A DNA stretch of 64,000 bases, from positions 17,422,001 through 17,486,000 of the forward strand of contig CM060733.1 of the NCBI GenBank assembly GCA_030704615.1, written 5' to 3'. The notes under the pieces are model-generated. The model made no database searches, had not been told where the DNA came from, and saw nothing but the letters and a program-made list of their open reading frames with translations. This DNA comes from Takakia lepidozioides (Eukaryota; Plantae; Bryophyta). Positions 39,891 to 51,620 of this stretch are shown here, one piece after another. Numbering within the stretch: position 1 is the stretch's first letter; every line of letters begins with the position of its first letter. A program made the translations under genes and the position numbers.

Positions 39891-41184
39891 AACCTCTTCA
39901 CACAAGAGGTATCAGCCTCCTATCTTGGCTCCTTAGCTCCTTGATGCTCTCTAAGACAAGACTAAGCACTCCATAGCCCTTGCCAAGCTCCTGAAACCCT
40001 AAGGCTTACATTTCCAGCCACAAGACACTCCTCTTGTGGTGCAAGAGCTCTTCTTCCAAGCTCTGAAACCCTAGGTGCACATTCCATGGCCTTGCCGCAC
40101 CTCTTAGCTCCTGTTCCAGCCCTGCTCTTGCCATGACAAGAGCCATCTCAATGCTGAAGCTCGAGATTGAAACCCAATCTCAACATACTCCACAAAGTGC
40201 ACTGATTTGCCCCAAGCCAAATCAGCCCTTTCGCTTGGTCTTGCAATCCTTCACACAATGAAAACTCGCATTCCCAAGTCTAGTTCTCAGCTTTGCCACC
40301 AAAGCCACTATAACCTGCTCTTGACTGGTCATCTTCCCAATCGTGCTTGTTCATGCATGTACACAATCTGAAACCATCAAGGTGCTCTGGAATTACCTGC
40401 AGCATGGTGTTCTCATCTCTGAAGCTGAAGATCGAATGCCAAGGTCTACCACCTCGTAACCCACATCGTCTCCGCTTCTAACAACCAAGAGCTCCACGGT
40501 GCTCCTTGCATAACAACCTAGTTTCTCTCGTTCTCAAGCAAAAACCACAAAGTGCTACAACTAACTCGTATCTGGCACTCACAGATACGAGCTCATCTTT
40601 CTCGAGTGATAAAGAAGAAGAATACAAGCACGAACTCACAAATCTGAAGCATAAACTCATGCATATATAACCTCATCACTGAAATACAAGTCAAGCCAAG
40701 TGCACCCCAAGCCATGGGGAATCCATACTACGGCGCCATAGCTAGGCGCGGTGAGGCTCAACTCGAGAAAGATGAGCCTCCCGCGCTTGCCGTGAAGATA
40801 ACCACTCCAGGGCCTTAATCTGCCTTGACCCCTGGATTGACACTTGGGCCAATCCCAAATGTCAATATGTAAAAGCTAGCTATTTCCTAGCTAGTTTCAC
40901 ACTAGTGGTAAAATAACTTGACAAAGACCACAGACGAGGCGTTCTCGTAACCTCAGCCAGTTCATCTGACTGTCAGTCTCCGACCTCCGGATAAACAAGC
41001 AAACCCAGAAGTCCGGGTCCGGACCAGTGTTGGATTGGTATATGGGGTCTGGCCGGGTATCAACTAGCGGAGGTTGGGTAGCGTGTGAGCAGGCTCACGC
41101 CAGCGGGCGTGAGCACAAAGGCATATTCCAAATATTCCAAAAGATTCTAGAGAACCCTAGAATCTAGGGACTCTCAAGGCCCTA

Positions 41185-41304
41185 GGGAGCAAATGCCAAA
41201 TTTTTGAGTAAAAACTAAGGACTTTGGCAAAGTTCTTTGACAAAGGACTTTGTTAAAGGACCTTGCCAAAGTCCTTAGTTGTACTCAAATTGGCATCTGC
41301 TCCC
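41185..41304. mobile_element. 120-bp foldback MITE-like element
   Basis: Whole element is an imperfect inverted repeat (GGGAGCAAATGCCAA...TTGGCATCTGCTCCC), flanked by TA. Confidence 0.6.
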
Positions 41305-41446
41305 TACTTCTCCCCCTCTCTCTCTCCCGACCCTGTTGAATTTCCAATCAGGGCTTCCCATTCTATCATGCCCTGTTTGGTCCTCACTCAGGGCCCTTAT
41401 CTTATGGTGGATCTCGAAACCCCCAGCAGCAGATCAAGTTTATTAA

Positions 41447-42271
41447 ACCTTAAGTTCCCAAGCCCTTTTTTGACTTTTTACCAATTTTGGGTACCCAGCT
41501 GCAGTAAATTGCCCCTAGAAACCTACCAAAAATCATCCACAAATTCCAGCCTTATAGCAATGGGCCCAGCTCATTTATGCATGACATACCAAAAAATGAG
41601 CCAAGTCCACCGTGGAAATTGGGAGATTATAGCGTTGGCCCGAACCTCAAATATCAGGTCCCAAAGAAAAAGTGAGAAAGAAATAGGTTTGACCAAATCA
41701 AAACCTAGCTTTATCCAATTTTGCTTGCCCCAAGACCCACCATTTCCAAATCAATAGTGGAGTGGCCATGACCCCACTAAATTGCAGGTCCAAATGATTT
41801 TTTCACCTATGCTTGCTATTCATGCAATTACATGGGGGTTGAAATCTCAAAATTGACAACAGAAAATGTGCCTCCAAATGAAGTATTTTTTGTTCTACAA
41901 ATTTTTTAAAAGCTAACGGTGGATGTGTGTATGTAATGCTCACACACCACAAGGTGAAGTGGTTTTTTCCAAAATTGCTAATTTTCTGCCAAAAATGGCC
42001 TTTGGAGTGCAATCTGTTTTGGGCTTGTTTACCTGCCACGTCAGCGGTCAATAGCCCATTTCAGGCCCCAAAATGTAAATTAAAGATCTAAGATATTTTT
42101 TGTAAGTCGCAGCTTTTGATTTTTTTTAATTTTGTTTTTTGCATCATACTCGAGACAAATCCCTTGTCATTAAAGGTTCAGGAGTGGGCCCCATCAGATT
42201 AGATCTGCAAAAATTAGGTCGACCCTGCAAATTCAAAGTGACCTGATTCAGGTCGCTTGGGAACTTAAGGG
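41447..42271. mobile_element. Non-autonomous piggyBac-like element
   Basis: TTAA on both sides (41443-41446, 42272-42275); TIR (A/C)CCTTAAGTTCCCAAGC; no recognisable ORF. Confidence 0.65.
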
Positions 42272-43361
42272 TTAACATATACTTTGATTTGTTGACTCAG
42301 GGGAGGAAGTCTTGGTTGTCCATGTGTGTAGCTCTTCCCGGAGCTTCAGACGAACGCAGGTTGCAGCTTTATCAAGAATTCGATCTCTCCTGAGGTAAAA
42401 GGCCGGCTTGCTCGGCACCCGTCTTTCCAACACAACCTTCCAATGGCAAGAGTCCCGCCCCACGCATTGGCAAATCCCCAGGTGACGGAGAAGAAATGGA
42501 CTGCAACTGGCGTCATAGTTAGCTCAAGACGTAGCTGAAATTCTAGAATTCCTTGAGCCCATCTATCATCACCTCCTCCCATACATCTTAGTCATATATC
42601 TCTGCCCCTCCTCGTCTGTCCTCGTTGCTTTCTCCCACCGTCGTATGTAGGCTCAGGTCCCCTCCCTCTAAGTTGTACCCAAAGTTGTACCGGTATATAG
42701 GGTATTGCCTTGTATGTGCACATGTATATGCACTGGTATTAGATACCAGACCAATCTGGTATAATTTGGGAGAATACTTGGTCATATACCAGGACCGAGC
42801 TGGTATCAGTTTTTTCATACCAGCCACAATACCTGTACTCCCCCGAGCGTCTTCCTCATTTACTCTGGTATGTATACTATACTAATTTAGTGTACATATG
42901 CCTACATATTTGTACTTATGTATATTTATTTATTTATTGTATAGTATTTGTTTTCACTTGATACTTGCTATTTGATAAACTTGTTATTCAATGATGGCTT
43001 TGGAATTATACCAGATTGATATCTCATACCAGCTGGTATTGTGGTCAGGATACTCATACTCATACCAATATCTGGAAAAAGATACATCTATTATTATATA
43101 GACCAGACTGGTATGAAAGTTTTGCGATATGTTTGGTACTAGGACCAGTCTGGTGTGTCCTAAAACTGATACCAGTACAACACTGGTTGTAACCCCTCCC
43201 TAGCTCTTATATCTCCTTTGTTTCCCTTTCACTTCTCTCACTAGCTTTTGGTCACCAAGTGGTATCCCAAATGTAAGCCTTCACGGCCTCACGGGTGGTT
43301 ATTTTTTCCACCGTCTGCAATATATTCAAGGCTCCGTTCCCTTTCTGAGAATATATATATC

Positions 43362-43607
43362 TATTTTGTATTTTTATTTATTTATTTTATAAAAGGGAAA
43401 CACCTGGGAGACAGCTCACAAATCAGGCCCCTTAATAGTGAGAGGAGAAAATAACCTCTTTCACAGTAACCACGCCATGGAGGCGTAGAAATGGGACACG
43501 GCCTAGGGAAGGGGGAGAAGAGTATATCACACCCGTCAAGTAGCAGGATTTGACCCCATAATCATTTGGGTGGCACTCAGTGCACTAACCAACTGAGCTA
43601 CGGACTG
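43362..43607 (-). mobile_element. tRNA-derived SINE
   Basis: Minus strand: A box TAGCTCAGTTGG, B-box-like GGGTCAAATCC, ~130-bp body, A-rich tail. Confidence 0.7.
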
Positions 43608-43631
43608 TTAGTGAAAAAAACATTGATTAAT

Positions 43632-43745
43632 TTCTTCTTTTTCTTCTTTTTCTTCTTGTTTTTTTTTTTTTTTTTTTTTTTTTTTTCAACAGAACAGGGG
43701 GCGAGGCCCTGGATGGAACTTTATTGAAGGTTATTGAAGGGAAAA
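43632..43745 (-). mobile_element. 3' end of a retroposed LINE/SINE with poly(A) tail
   Basis: Minus-strand AATAAA ~35 nt before a long poly(A) (plus-strand T run to 43686). Confidence 0.55.
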
Positions 43746-45799
43746 AAATCAAAACCCTTGAGTGCCATTAGGCTGCCATAAGGCATCTTCACGTTGTGAC
43801 CGTGCTGGATATTCTACTTAAAATCTGATTGGTGGTTTTGGTAAATTCATCTGAAATCGCTAGGGAAATTGCCATTTATCTTACCCTTATCCTACCTAAA
43901 CTTGTATTTATGGGGCGGGTACACCAAATCATCCGGACCCGTCAAATAACATTTACCCCTCAGGTTATATTTTGATAGTACCCGGTTATACAGTGACCCG
44001 GTTGTTTTCTACAAATGTGCATTACTCGGAACCCACCATTGTTGTACCGGTATGTCCATTTTGGCATACCCGACTGGTCCTGGTAGGGCCCAGGGTAGAT
44101 TAGGACTGGCCAGGGTAGCTTATGGGATGGATATGGGTATTTCCAATGTTTGTATACCCTGTCCTAGGCATGGGTATGACAAAAACTCAAATGACATACG
44201 GTATGGTTATATTTTTGATGGATGGTATCTTCGACAATTACATTATATGGTATGGTATTTTAAGGTTAACTTCATGTTATTTTACATGTCTTTTATATTT
44301 GTACCCAAAAACCCCTGTTGTTATTTATAAATTTATATTTTTGGTACATGGTTATGTTATGGTGATCCATGTTGTAGTGGTTGGGATACAGGATGCCAAC
44401 GGCTCAAATCAGTGATGCCAGCGGTTGGGAGCCCAAAGATAATATGAATGAGGATAAGCACAAAAAATTTGTATCATTACGCATACCCATGCTAGCTTGG
44501 GTTCATCAAGCCGAGTATGAAAATAGTTCATACATAGACTGGTATCGTAGGTAGGGGGGTAGGTCCAGTGTTCAAAACCCGGGGTCCAGAGTATAGCCGG
44601 GCTATACGCCCCAAGACATACCCAATTGGTATGTTCTACAATACCCTTACTCATACCAGTGCACATACCCCGGCCGATTGGCACATACCAATACAACAGT
44701 GGAACCGACCCTTACTTTCCATTTGAAAAATAATAATACCCTGATACGACAGGTAAATCTTTTCTCAAAATTCAGGTTACCCGTACCCCGAGGGTAAACA
44801 AGAATTCAATACCCGCTCCACACTGGTATTAACTATTAACCCTTAAGTGTCAAACCAACCCGTTTTGGGTTGGTTAGGTTTCTTTAACCATCCAGTTCTT
44901 ACTGGGGTTGACTCTGATGTGAGTCAAATTAGGCTCATTAGATAGGAAAAAAACTCTTACACACAATGGCATTGGCCAATCTTCAAAAAAGAAATACATG
45001 CATGGAGTAAGATCCCCCAATTTGGGGCTAACTCAACTTTTTTGACATATTTTTGCTGAATCATCTTGCCTGAGTTGCTTACATGGCAACCACGATCAAG
45101 CTAGGGGAAGGGTTTCCACCCTAAGAACGGCAAGCCCACACACATCCCAATGCCCTATGAATGTGCAGTAGCATGCGTGGCAGCCACCCAAGGCAAAGGA
45201 GTGGTGAAACGGTCTCACAACCCGCTAGGTACAAGGGCTACAGGCCAAAATATAGGTAGGAAATACGGTAGGGCTGCAGGCCAAAATATAGGTTGGGCTG
45301 GGAATTACCGGGCAGGACCCGAAAATAGCCTAAAACATTTCCCAATTGGATTGAATTTTTTTCTACAACAACATTTGCATGCAATGATGACATGGACCAG
45401 AGAGATTGAGAATTGGACGGTAGATATGTCCTACAAATTTTTGAAGCTGAAATTTTGGTCTGCCCGCTTCAAATTGGGTTTTGAGACCCCCCAAATTGTG
45501 AGTACAAAGCAGCCCACATGAAGGGATTCTGGTGACCAAGCTGTAACTGTCCATGTCCTGGAATGAGTAAGTTTACTGTTCCTTTCATTCCATTTTTTGA
45601 TACTGGATAGTGGGCGCAGATTTGTCAATTCTTATGTGGTTTTCTTGCGTGCCACGGCTCAGTCATCACACACATTTTCAGGGCTGACAATGGTTTTATT
45701 ATTTGTTGCAGTGTCGATGATATCCCCCCAATTAGCACAAAGAGGCCAACTCCAGTCACGCCAGTTGATTGCCGTGCTGCGTTGTTAATGGCTGCACAG

Positions 45800-47013
45800 T
45801 AGGAAAACGCAGAGAAGGGGGCACAACTTGCTCGAAAGGCAGCTGCTGTTCTCTTCATCCTACAGAAACCTTTATGTCTTCCTGAGTATGCAGCACAGAT
45901 GGCAGACAGGCTTGCTGGGCAGGAGTCCCCCGAATTGTCAAAGAGGCCAATGTGGCTAGGTGAGGAACGTGAAGTTAAGAGGTTTAGGAAGGTTAGACAT
46001 CTCGTAGACTACAAGGCAGTGGAAGGCAGTGAGAGCTCTGATCCATCGACAGAGAAAGAATATATATAGACGCCTTCCGAAGGGAGCGTAAATTATGGTG
46101 TCACTTCACCACAAAGGCTACCGTCTTCCAGCTGAAAGGTGGACACCTTCATGACACACCAGACAGTAGTTTGAACCCACAACCACATCCAACGTGGTAT
46201 GTGCCCATTACCACTGGGCTACATGCTGGTTGTCGACAGAGAAAGACAACGATGATGATGTCGATGGAATTATCGAGAAAGTAGTCGACGATGTGGAGAT
46301 GGAATATGGGGACGACAATGGGTCCAATGATGGTACTCTTTAACGTTGTTGCACTGAAACGTTTTTTTAAATTCAAAACTTTGTTTCATGTTTGTTTCAT
46401 GTGCAGCTCCACGCAAAGGATGGAGCAAATATTTGTTGTATAACTGACTATCTTGAAGCATGAACTATATTAGAGTGTCATCTGTATTTTCGGCAGTGTT
46501 CACAGTCCCTTGCATTTTCGTTTTGCTCTCATTGCATTGCATTTGAGAAGTCGGCACAGACTTCTGGCCGCCTACTTTTGTATTTTTCTCTCAAACATTA
46601 TTTTCTAATTATTATTATTGATCTATTTACTGAAGCAGAACAATTTTTTTGGAGAAATCGGCACAGACTTCCACCTGGCCATTTTCGGTTTCTTTTCCCT
46701 GGTTCACCTTGTGTTTGAGAAGTCGGCACAGACTTCCCAGATCCCCGTGCGTCATAAGTCTGTGCCGACTTCTCGTATTCATCCGCCCTCGGCTAAGTTT
46801 TCCAGACTATGTGCCGCGCGGAAATAGGTGGTACACCTTCTAATACCGTGTATTTATTCATCTTTAGGGATAAAACTGTGTCATTTCAGCTTTGCACACA
46901 TCTCGAACCGGATCCGAGCCTGCAAGTTGGCTTCAGGTTTGCTTCCGATAAGGTTCGACAACTATGCACATGGCTCATGGCTCATCTGCTCATCGTTCAT
47001 GGAAAAACAACCC
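45800..47013 (+). mobile_element. Decayed right end of an M-related sister transposon
   Basis: Peptide LCLPEYAAQMA...RKVRHLVD...DGIIE resembles the M gene C-terminus (YSLPSYAAKLA...RRVRKYIC...DGIFE); four GAAGTCGGCACAGACTTC-type palindromes; terminus GGCTCATGGCTCAT...CATGGAAAAACAACCC resembles the M terminus. Confidence 0.6.
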
Positions 47014-47899
47014 AGATGTGAGGGGTAAATGCAGACTACACTGGCTCAATTTGAATTGCAATTTGCAGTTTTCGACTGACTGCTTGTCATATTATTCTTC
47101 ACCCTATACACATAAGTATACATTCATAGAAAATGGACTTAGAATGGGTTAGCCACTTACCATATGTACATGTGGGTATAATTATTTTGGAATTTGGATT
47201 AAATCTCATGAAGCTATGGACTTTTGTAGGGAATACCAAGGGACTGTCACAATCCATCTAATGTCCCAAATGCCATCTGAAAAACCTATTTGTGCAAACA
47301 ATTCAATATGGACTTTACAACTAGATACACAATGTTTGAGTAGACACAAATATAAATTTGTGAACAATTCCATCCATCCATCAAGACACTATGGACTTTT
47401 TTGTACCAAAAAAACCCCCAAAAGGACGATTTGTCCACCCGCCACCTCATTTTTGTGTTTAGGGTTAGGTAAAACACCTTTCACAAGGGGAGCTCATGCT
47501 CCAGACTCCAAACACTCTCGAGATTGCTTTGTCCCTTTGCACCCGTCGTCAGTCCCTGCATGCACACTTTCAAGAGTATGACCCCTTCATCAGACCAGCA
47601 CGTACATTCTCAAGGGACTGACACACCTGCAACACACAGATTTATCTGAAGAGTCCCCGAAGTTAAGTACATGTACTTTGGAGGTACATCAATTCATTTT
47701 TCATATTTTGTTGTATGGGTTCAAACCATGATAGAGGTTTGGGGATCCATCTTGCCTTCTTTTCCGGTTCAGCAGGAGGCTACCGTTGCATCCCAACCTG
47801 AGTCTATTCATGCAAGTACTTCACAGGCGGATTTTGACAATGCACCATTGGATCAACATATATGCGCCTCTTCAAGCACCTCTCTAAGCGGAGAGAGAG

Positions 47900-48780
47900 A
47901 AAATGAGGCGGTGAAGGAGAGCAGATTGACTGAGCACGTCAATATATTGCGAGCTCAAGCAGCTTTTTGGGTTCCATATGGTTGCAAGTCCACTCCATGG
48001 GCATTTTTGTACCATGCAACAATGAGCCAATCAATGCGGACATCCCCCACGTTCTTTGATGCACCTTGTGCCATTCTGATGTTCGTTCTTCTCAGATTCT
48101 TGGTAACAAAACAAGGGGAAGGAAGGGTCTTATCACATACAATAAAGCATGTGAAGATGCTGGTTTGCGCCCTCAAAAATTAAATACGCCAGTGAAAACG
48201 AGGTTCGCATCCAAAGTGGTCATGTTTCAACAAGCTTTGCAATATAGACCAGCAATATCGCTTTGCTATAGTCGGCAAACGGTTGCCCTTCAAGGCCGAG
48301 ATCCATCTGCACAAACTTGGGCTGTCGCAGAGGCAATCTCCTCAACTTTATCCCGTGTGGTAACTGCTCGTGTCATAAATCAACGCCATGGCTATTGGCT
48401 ACTTAGTGATGTATTGGCAACAACAATCACTTTAAGTGTACAATTGCAGAGCGAGAGGATTGTGTTAGAGGCGGAAGTGTCGGTCGCACCGAGGATGGAT
48501 TTGCCCGCCAAACTCATGCTCTTAAAAGCTCGGATGCGTGAACAAGTCATAAAAGTTCTTGTCCCTTTTCTGGATTTTACGGTGACTTACAAACCGAGGC
48601 AAGCCCACAACATGCTCGCCTTGATGCTTGATCCCCTAAGGACTTGGCTCTTATAGGGAGTTTGGTGGGTCCTGCAAATGCAATTCAGATTGCTCAGATC
48701 TATGACTTGCATATGCTTTTACCGCTACTGACGTCGATATACAAAAAAAACAATCTAGTGGTGGAGCCAGATTTAAATGT
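47900..48780 (+). pseudogene. hAT-like transposase fragment (internally deleted)
   Basis: KLNTPVKTRFASKVVMFQQAL (hAT TRW-like motif) and HNMLALMLDP (LDPR-like motif); a possible terminus ...CCCAACACTG near 49108. Confidence 0.7.
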
Positions 48781-49230
48781 CCCTCAGGGCCAAGGTAAAT
48801 TAAGGGTCCGGGTAATAAGATATACCCTACCCTTATCTGTCAGGTATAATAGGGTAAAATAAGGGTAGGGTAGGTTGATGTTGTGAGCATGTTTAATTAA
48901 CTCACAGAACATTGAAAGATCATGTTATTTGAATACCCGGACATACCCTGACCCGGCTCATTATTCAGATCTTATTTTACCCTGACCCGACCCGGATTGT
49001 ATGTGCACACAAATTTGAAACCCAGACCCGGAGGGTCCATTTTTTAATTGAAAAGGGGTAACCCGGACCCTGAGGGTATATTGAAATCAATATACCCGCC
49101 CAACACTGGTGTAAACCCTCCCGAACCCTGGTGCGGGAATATCTGTAAAGCCTATGCCCATGAAGCGTATCTGCGCTCCGCATTCTGGTGAAATTTAGTT
49201 TGCTTGCACGTTCCTTTTGAATCTCCTATC

Positions 49231-49500
49231 CTAACGTTTCGTTGGATAAACATCTCTGTTCTCCAAGATCTCGTAGATAGTTTGGAACTGAGGCTGACTA
49301 CGGACATGAAGCTCAACATCCCTGGGCACCAGCCTAAAACCAGCCTGAGTCAAGGCATCCGCCTCCGCCTGGTCTAGGTTACGACCTTCAGCCACAGGCC
49401 AAACTGAAGGAGGTCCAAGCTTATCTTTCACATTCTCAACCACACCACCGTGGACACACTCAAAGATGTCGTCAGGACAGACCCGTTTGCTTGAGGCAGT
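49231..49500 (-). pseudogene. Inverted C-terminal fragment of an M-related MULE transposase
   Basis: CPDDIFECVHG...WPVAEGRNLDQAEADALTQAGF aligns by eye with RHDIMTCVYG...VEPGCDLRSGEADAPTAAGF at ~13870-14010. Confidence 0.6.
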
Positions 49501-49574
49501 ATCGCACGTGTCAAAACCCAGTTTTAGGTATGCTGTGAGGCAACAGAGGGAGGAGGGTGGCCACGGAGGGGATC

Positions 49575-51620
49575 CGATGACCAACATTCTCAAATACAAA
49601 GACAAGTGTGGCTATGATTATATCCATGGTAGCCGTTTCCCTGGCCAAGGAAATGAGGATGACAAGTGTTTCCTGTTTAAAATGTCGACAGGTGGTCCTA
49701 GAAGTGGGGTCGATCTTGTGGATCAGATGAACATTGGCGGTGATCTGGAGAATAAATGGATCATGTTTGACCATGTAAACCGTGTTCCTGGATGGACGAC
49801 TCTTGCATGCCATGTATACGAGCCAAATTGTCAGATGTTGATGACAATTTACCATCTGCAAGACGAAAGTCTAGGACACCGCTGCACAAGTGCTCTTCTG
49901 GGAATGCATAAATGAACAAATGGCTTGGGCTGGCAAAAATTGACCGCATTTTCGGGGGTTTATGGCTGATGGAGCCGGAGCAAACTAGGCAGCTGTTCGC
50001 ATTGTGTATGGAATAGAGGGGAAGGATGTGCCACTTGTTGACAGAGAGAGAACCTGTGGCTTTCATTGGGCTCAAAGTCTTCGATCATACAACAACAAGT
50101 ACATCAAGGAGAGCCAAACAGCTCTGTCAGGCATGGCGCGATGCACCAAATCCTGAAACTGGGGAAACCAACTATACTATCCTACAAGCTTGGTGGTCCA
50201 GTTCCGGTGCCAGCCACGACAACGATTTACCAGCCTTGGAGAACTGGTTTGCATGGTGGCGTCACCGCTACCCCTAGCTCGGGAACTACATCCGTGCGGT
50301 AAGCTTGTATTCTTTGTATGAAATATCAGTATCATGTCCTTTTGTTGCTATTCGTCCCCAAACGTCTGTATTTTCAGCGCATTTTCCACAATGATTCAAT
50401 TTTGGATATGCTATACTCCTTTTTATCTTGCATGTTTCACAGTTCACTGCCAAACATAGTTCTGTGAACATGTGCCAAACATGTTTCTTGCACTCTCAGA
50501 TGTCGTATACGTCAAAATTAACAGTTCGGCTCGGAGCTCCTTATTTGTACCTACATTTTCAGAGGACATGTATGCCCCAAATTGACTGTTCAGTACTGAA
50601 CATGTTTCTTTTCGTGGATGGGATGTACATTTTCAGATGACGTGTATGCCCCAAATTGACTGTTCGGTACCGAACATGCTTATGGGAGGTACATTTTCAG
50701 ATGACATGTAGGCCCCAAATTGAGTGTTCGATACCGAACATACTTCTTTTCGTGGATTTCTAGATGTCATCTACATCCCAAATTGACTGTTCGACGCCAA
50801 ACTGCTCGCGCTTACTAGGAAGTCCAACTCTGACACAGTTCTGGGACTCCATTCTGTAGATCCTTAAGATGTTCTCCTGGAATGTTCGGTGCCAAACAAT
50901 GAGACAATATTGTCAATGTGTGAACTAATGTTTATGTATGTCGTGCAGAAAATGTCATTGGATGACGATGCACACATGTTCGTCGCAACAGTGGATGACC
51001 TGACAAGAGCTGTTATCCAAAATGCGAACTACTTTGAGTTCATCAATGGAAGATTCCGTGGGGGTGGTCCAAAATAAATTGAGAATCTGGTGTGTGCTGC
51101 ATCGCGATCAAAAGATCCTGCAAAGCTTGCGGAGGCATCCATAATGTTTGTTCACGGAGCACCCCTCCACAACAGACCCGAGGGCCTTGAAGGGGACAAA
51201 CGCACCTCAAAAGTGAAGATGAACCTAAGTGGGAACGAGGAACAGATTGCCGCCGAGGCTGAGAACTCATCATGGAGATCTGATTTTAATCTTCGGACCA
51301 CAGAGCGAAGACGGTATGTCCCGATTCCATCAGAGAACTTTATGGACGTTTGTAATGACGGAGATCATCCATCGCAGCACGACAAGCCAGTTGTTGAGTT
51401 GAACCTCCAGTCCCTCGGTGTGTTCCACATTGCGCGTGCCACTCGCACTTGCAAATTTGTTTGCCATGCAATCCACAAGAGCACAATGCAGCCTTGCAAA
51501 GCAATGGTTCGAAAGACTGGTATGAAGGAGGGTACACCCGCGCCGTGCTATTTGGGAAGGTACCATCCTCGGGCTCTTGTGAATCCAAAGGTACAGATGA
51601 TGTGGAATCTTCTAGCTTGC
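49575..51620 (+). pseudogene. Diverged MULE transposase of an M-related family
   Basis: GYDYIHGSRFPGQGNEDDKCFLFKMSTGGPRSGVDLV...WIMFDHV matches GYDYIQGSRFPGQGSESDRCYIFKMST...GVDLV...WVMFDH of M; FMAD motif; QAWWSSSGA...WFAWW; stops and frameshifts. Confidence 0.8.
50560..50900. repeat. Intronic repeats containing the palindrome TGTTCGGTACCGAACA
   Basis: Copies at 50587, 50661, 50725, 50788 and 50883. Confidence 0.8.

Larger units (their letters stand above)
37364..40923 (-). mobile_element. Gypsy G1 5' half: repeat B, long 5' leader, gag N-terminus
   Basis: B copy at 40923-40607 starting TGTCAAG; the gag ORF from 37940 joins in frame to 29583 onward once the G2 insertion is removed. Confidence 0.85.

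Noticed and set aside
43535-43607. Functional tRNA gene
   Set aside because: Has A/B boxes but no convincing acceptor or anticodon stems, and continues into a body and A-rich tail; better explained as a SINE head.
42730-44830. Discrete hAT-type MITEs (CAGTGT/ACACTG ends, TACCAG/TACCCG motifs)
   Set aside because: Probably decayed non-autonomous elements, but I could not pair TIRs with TSDs, so boundaries are unsupported.
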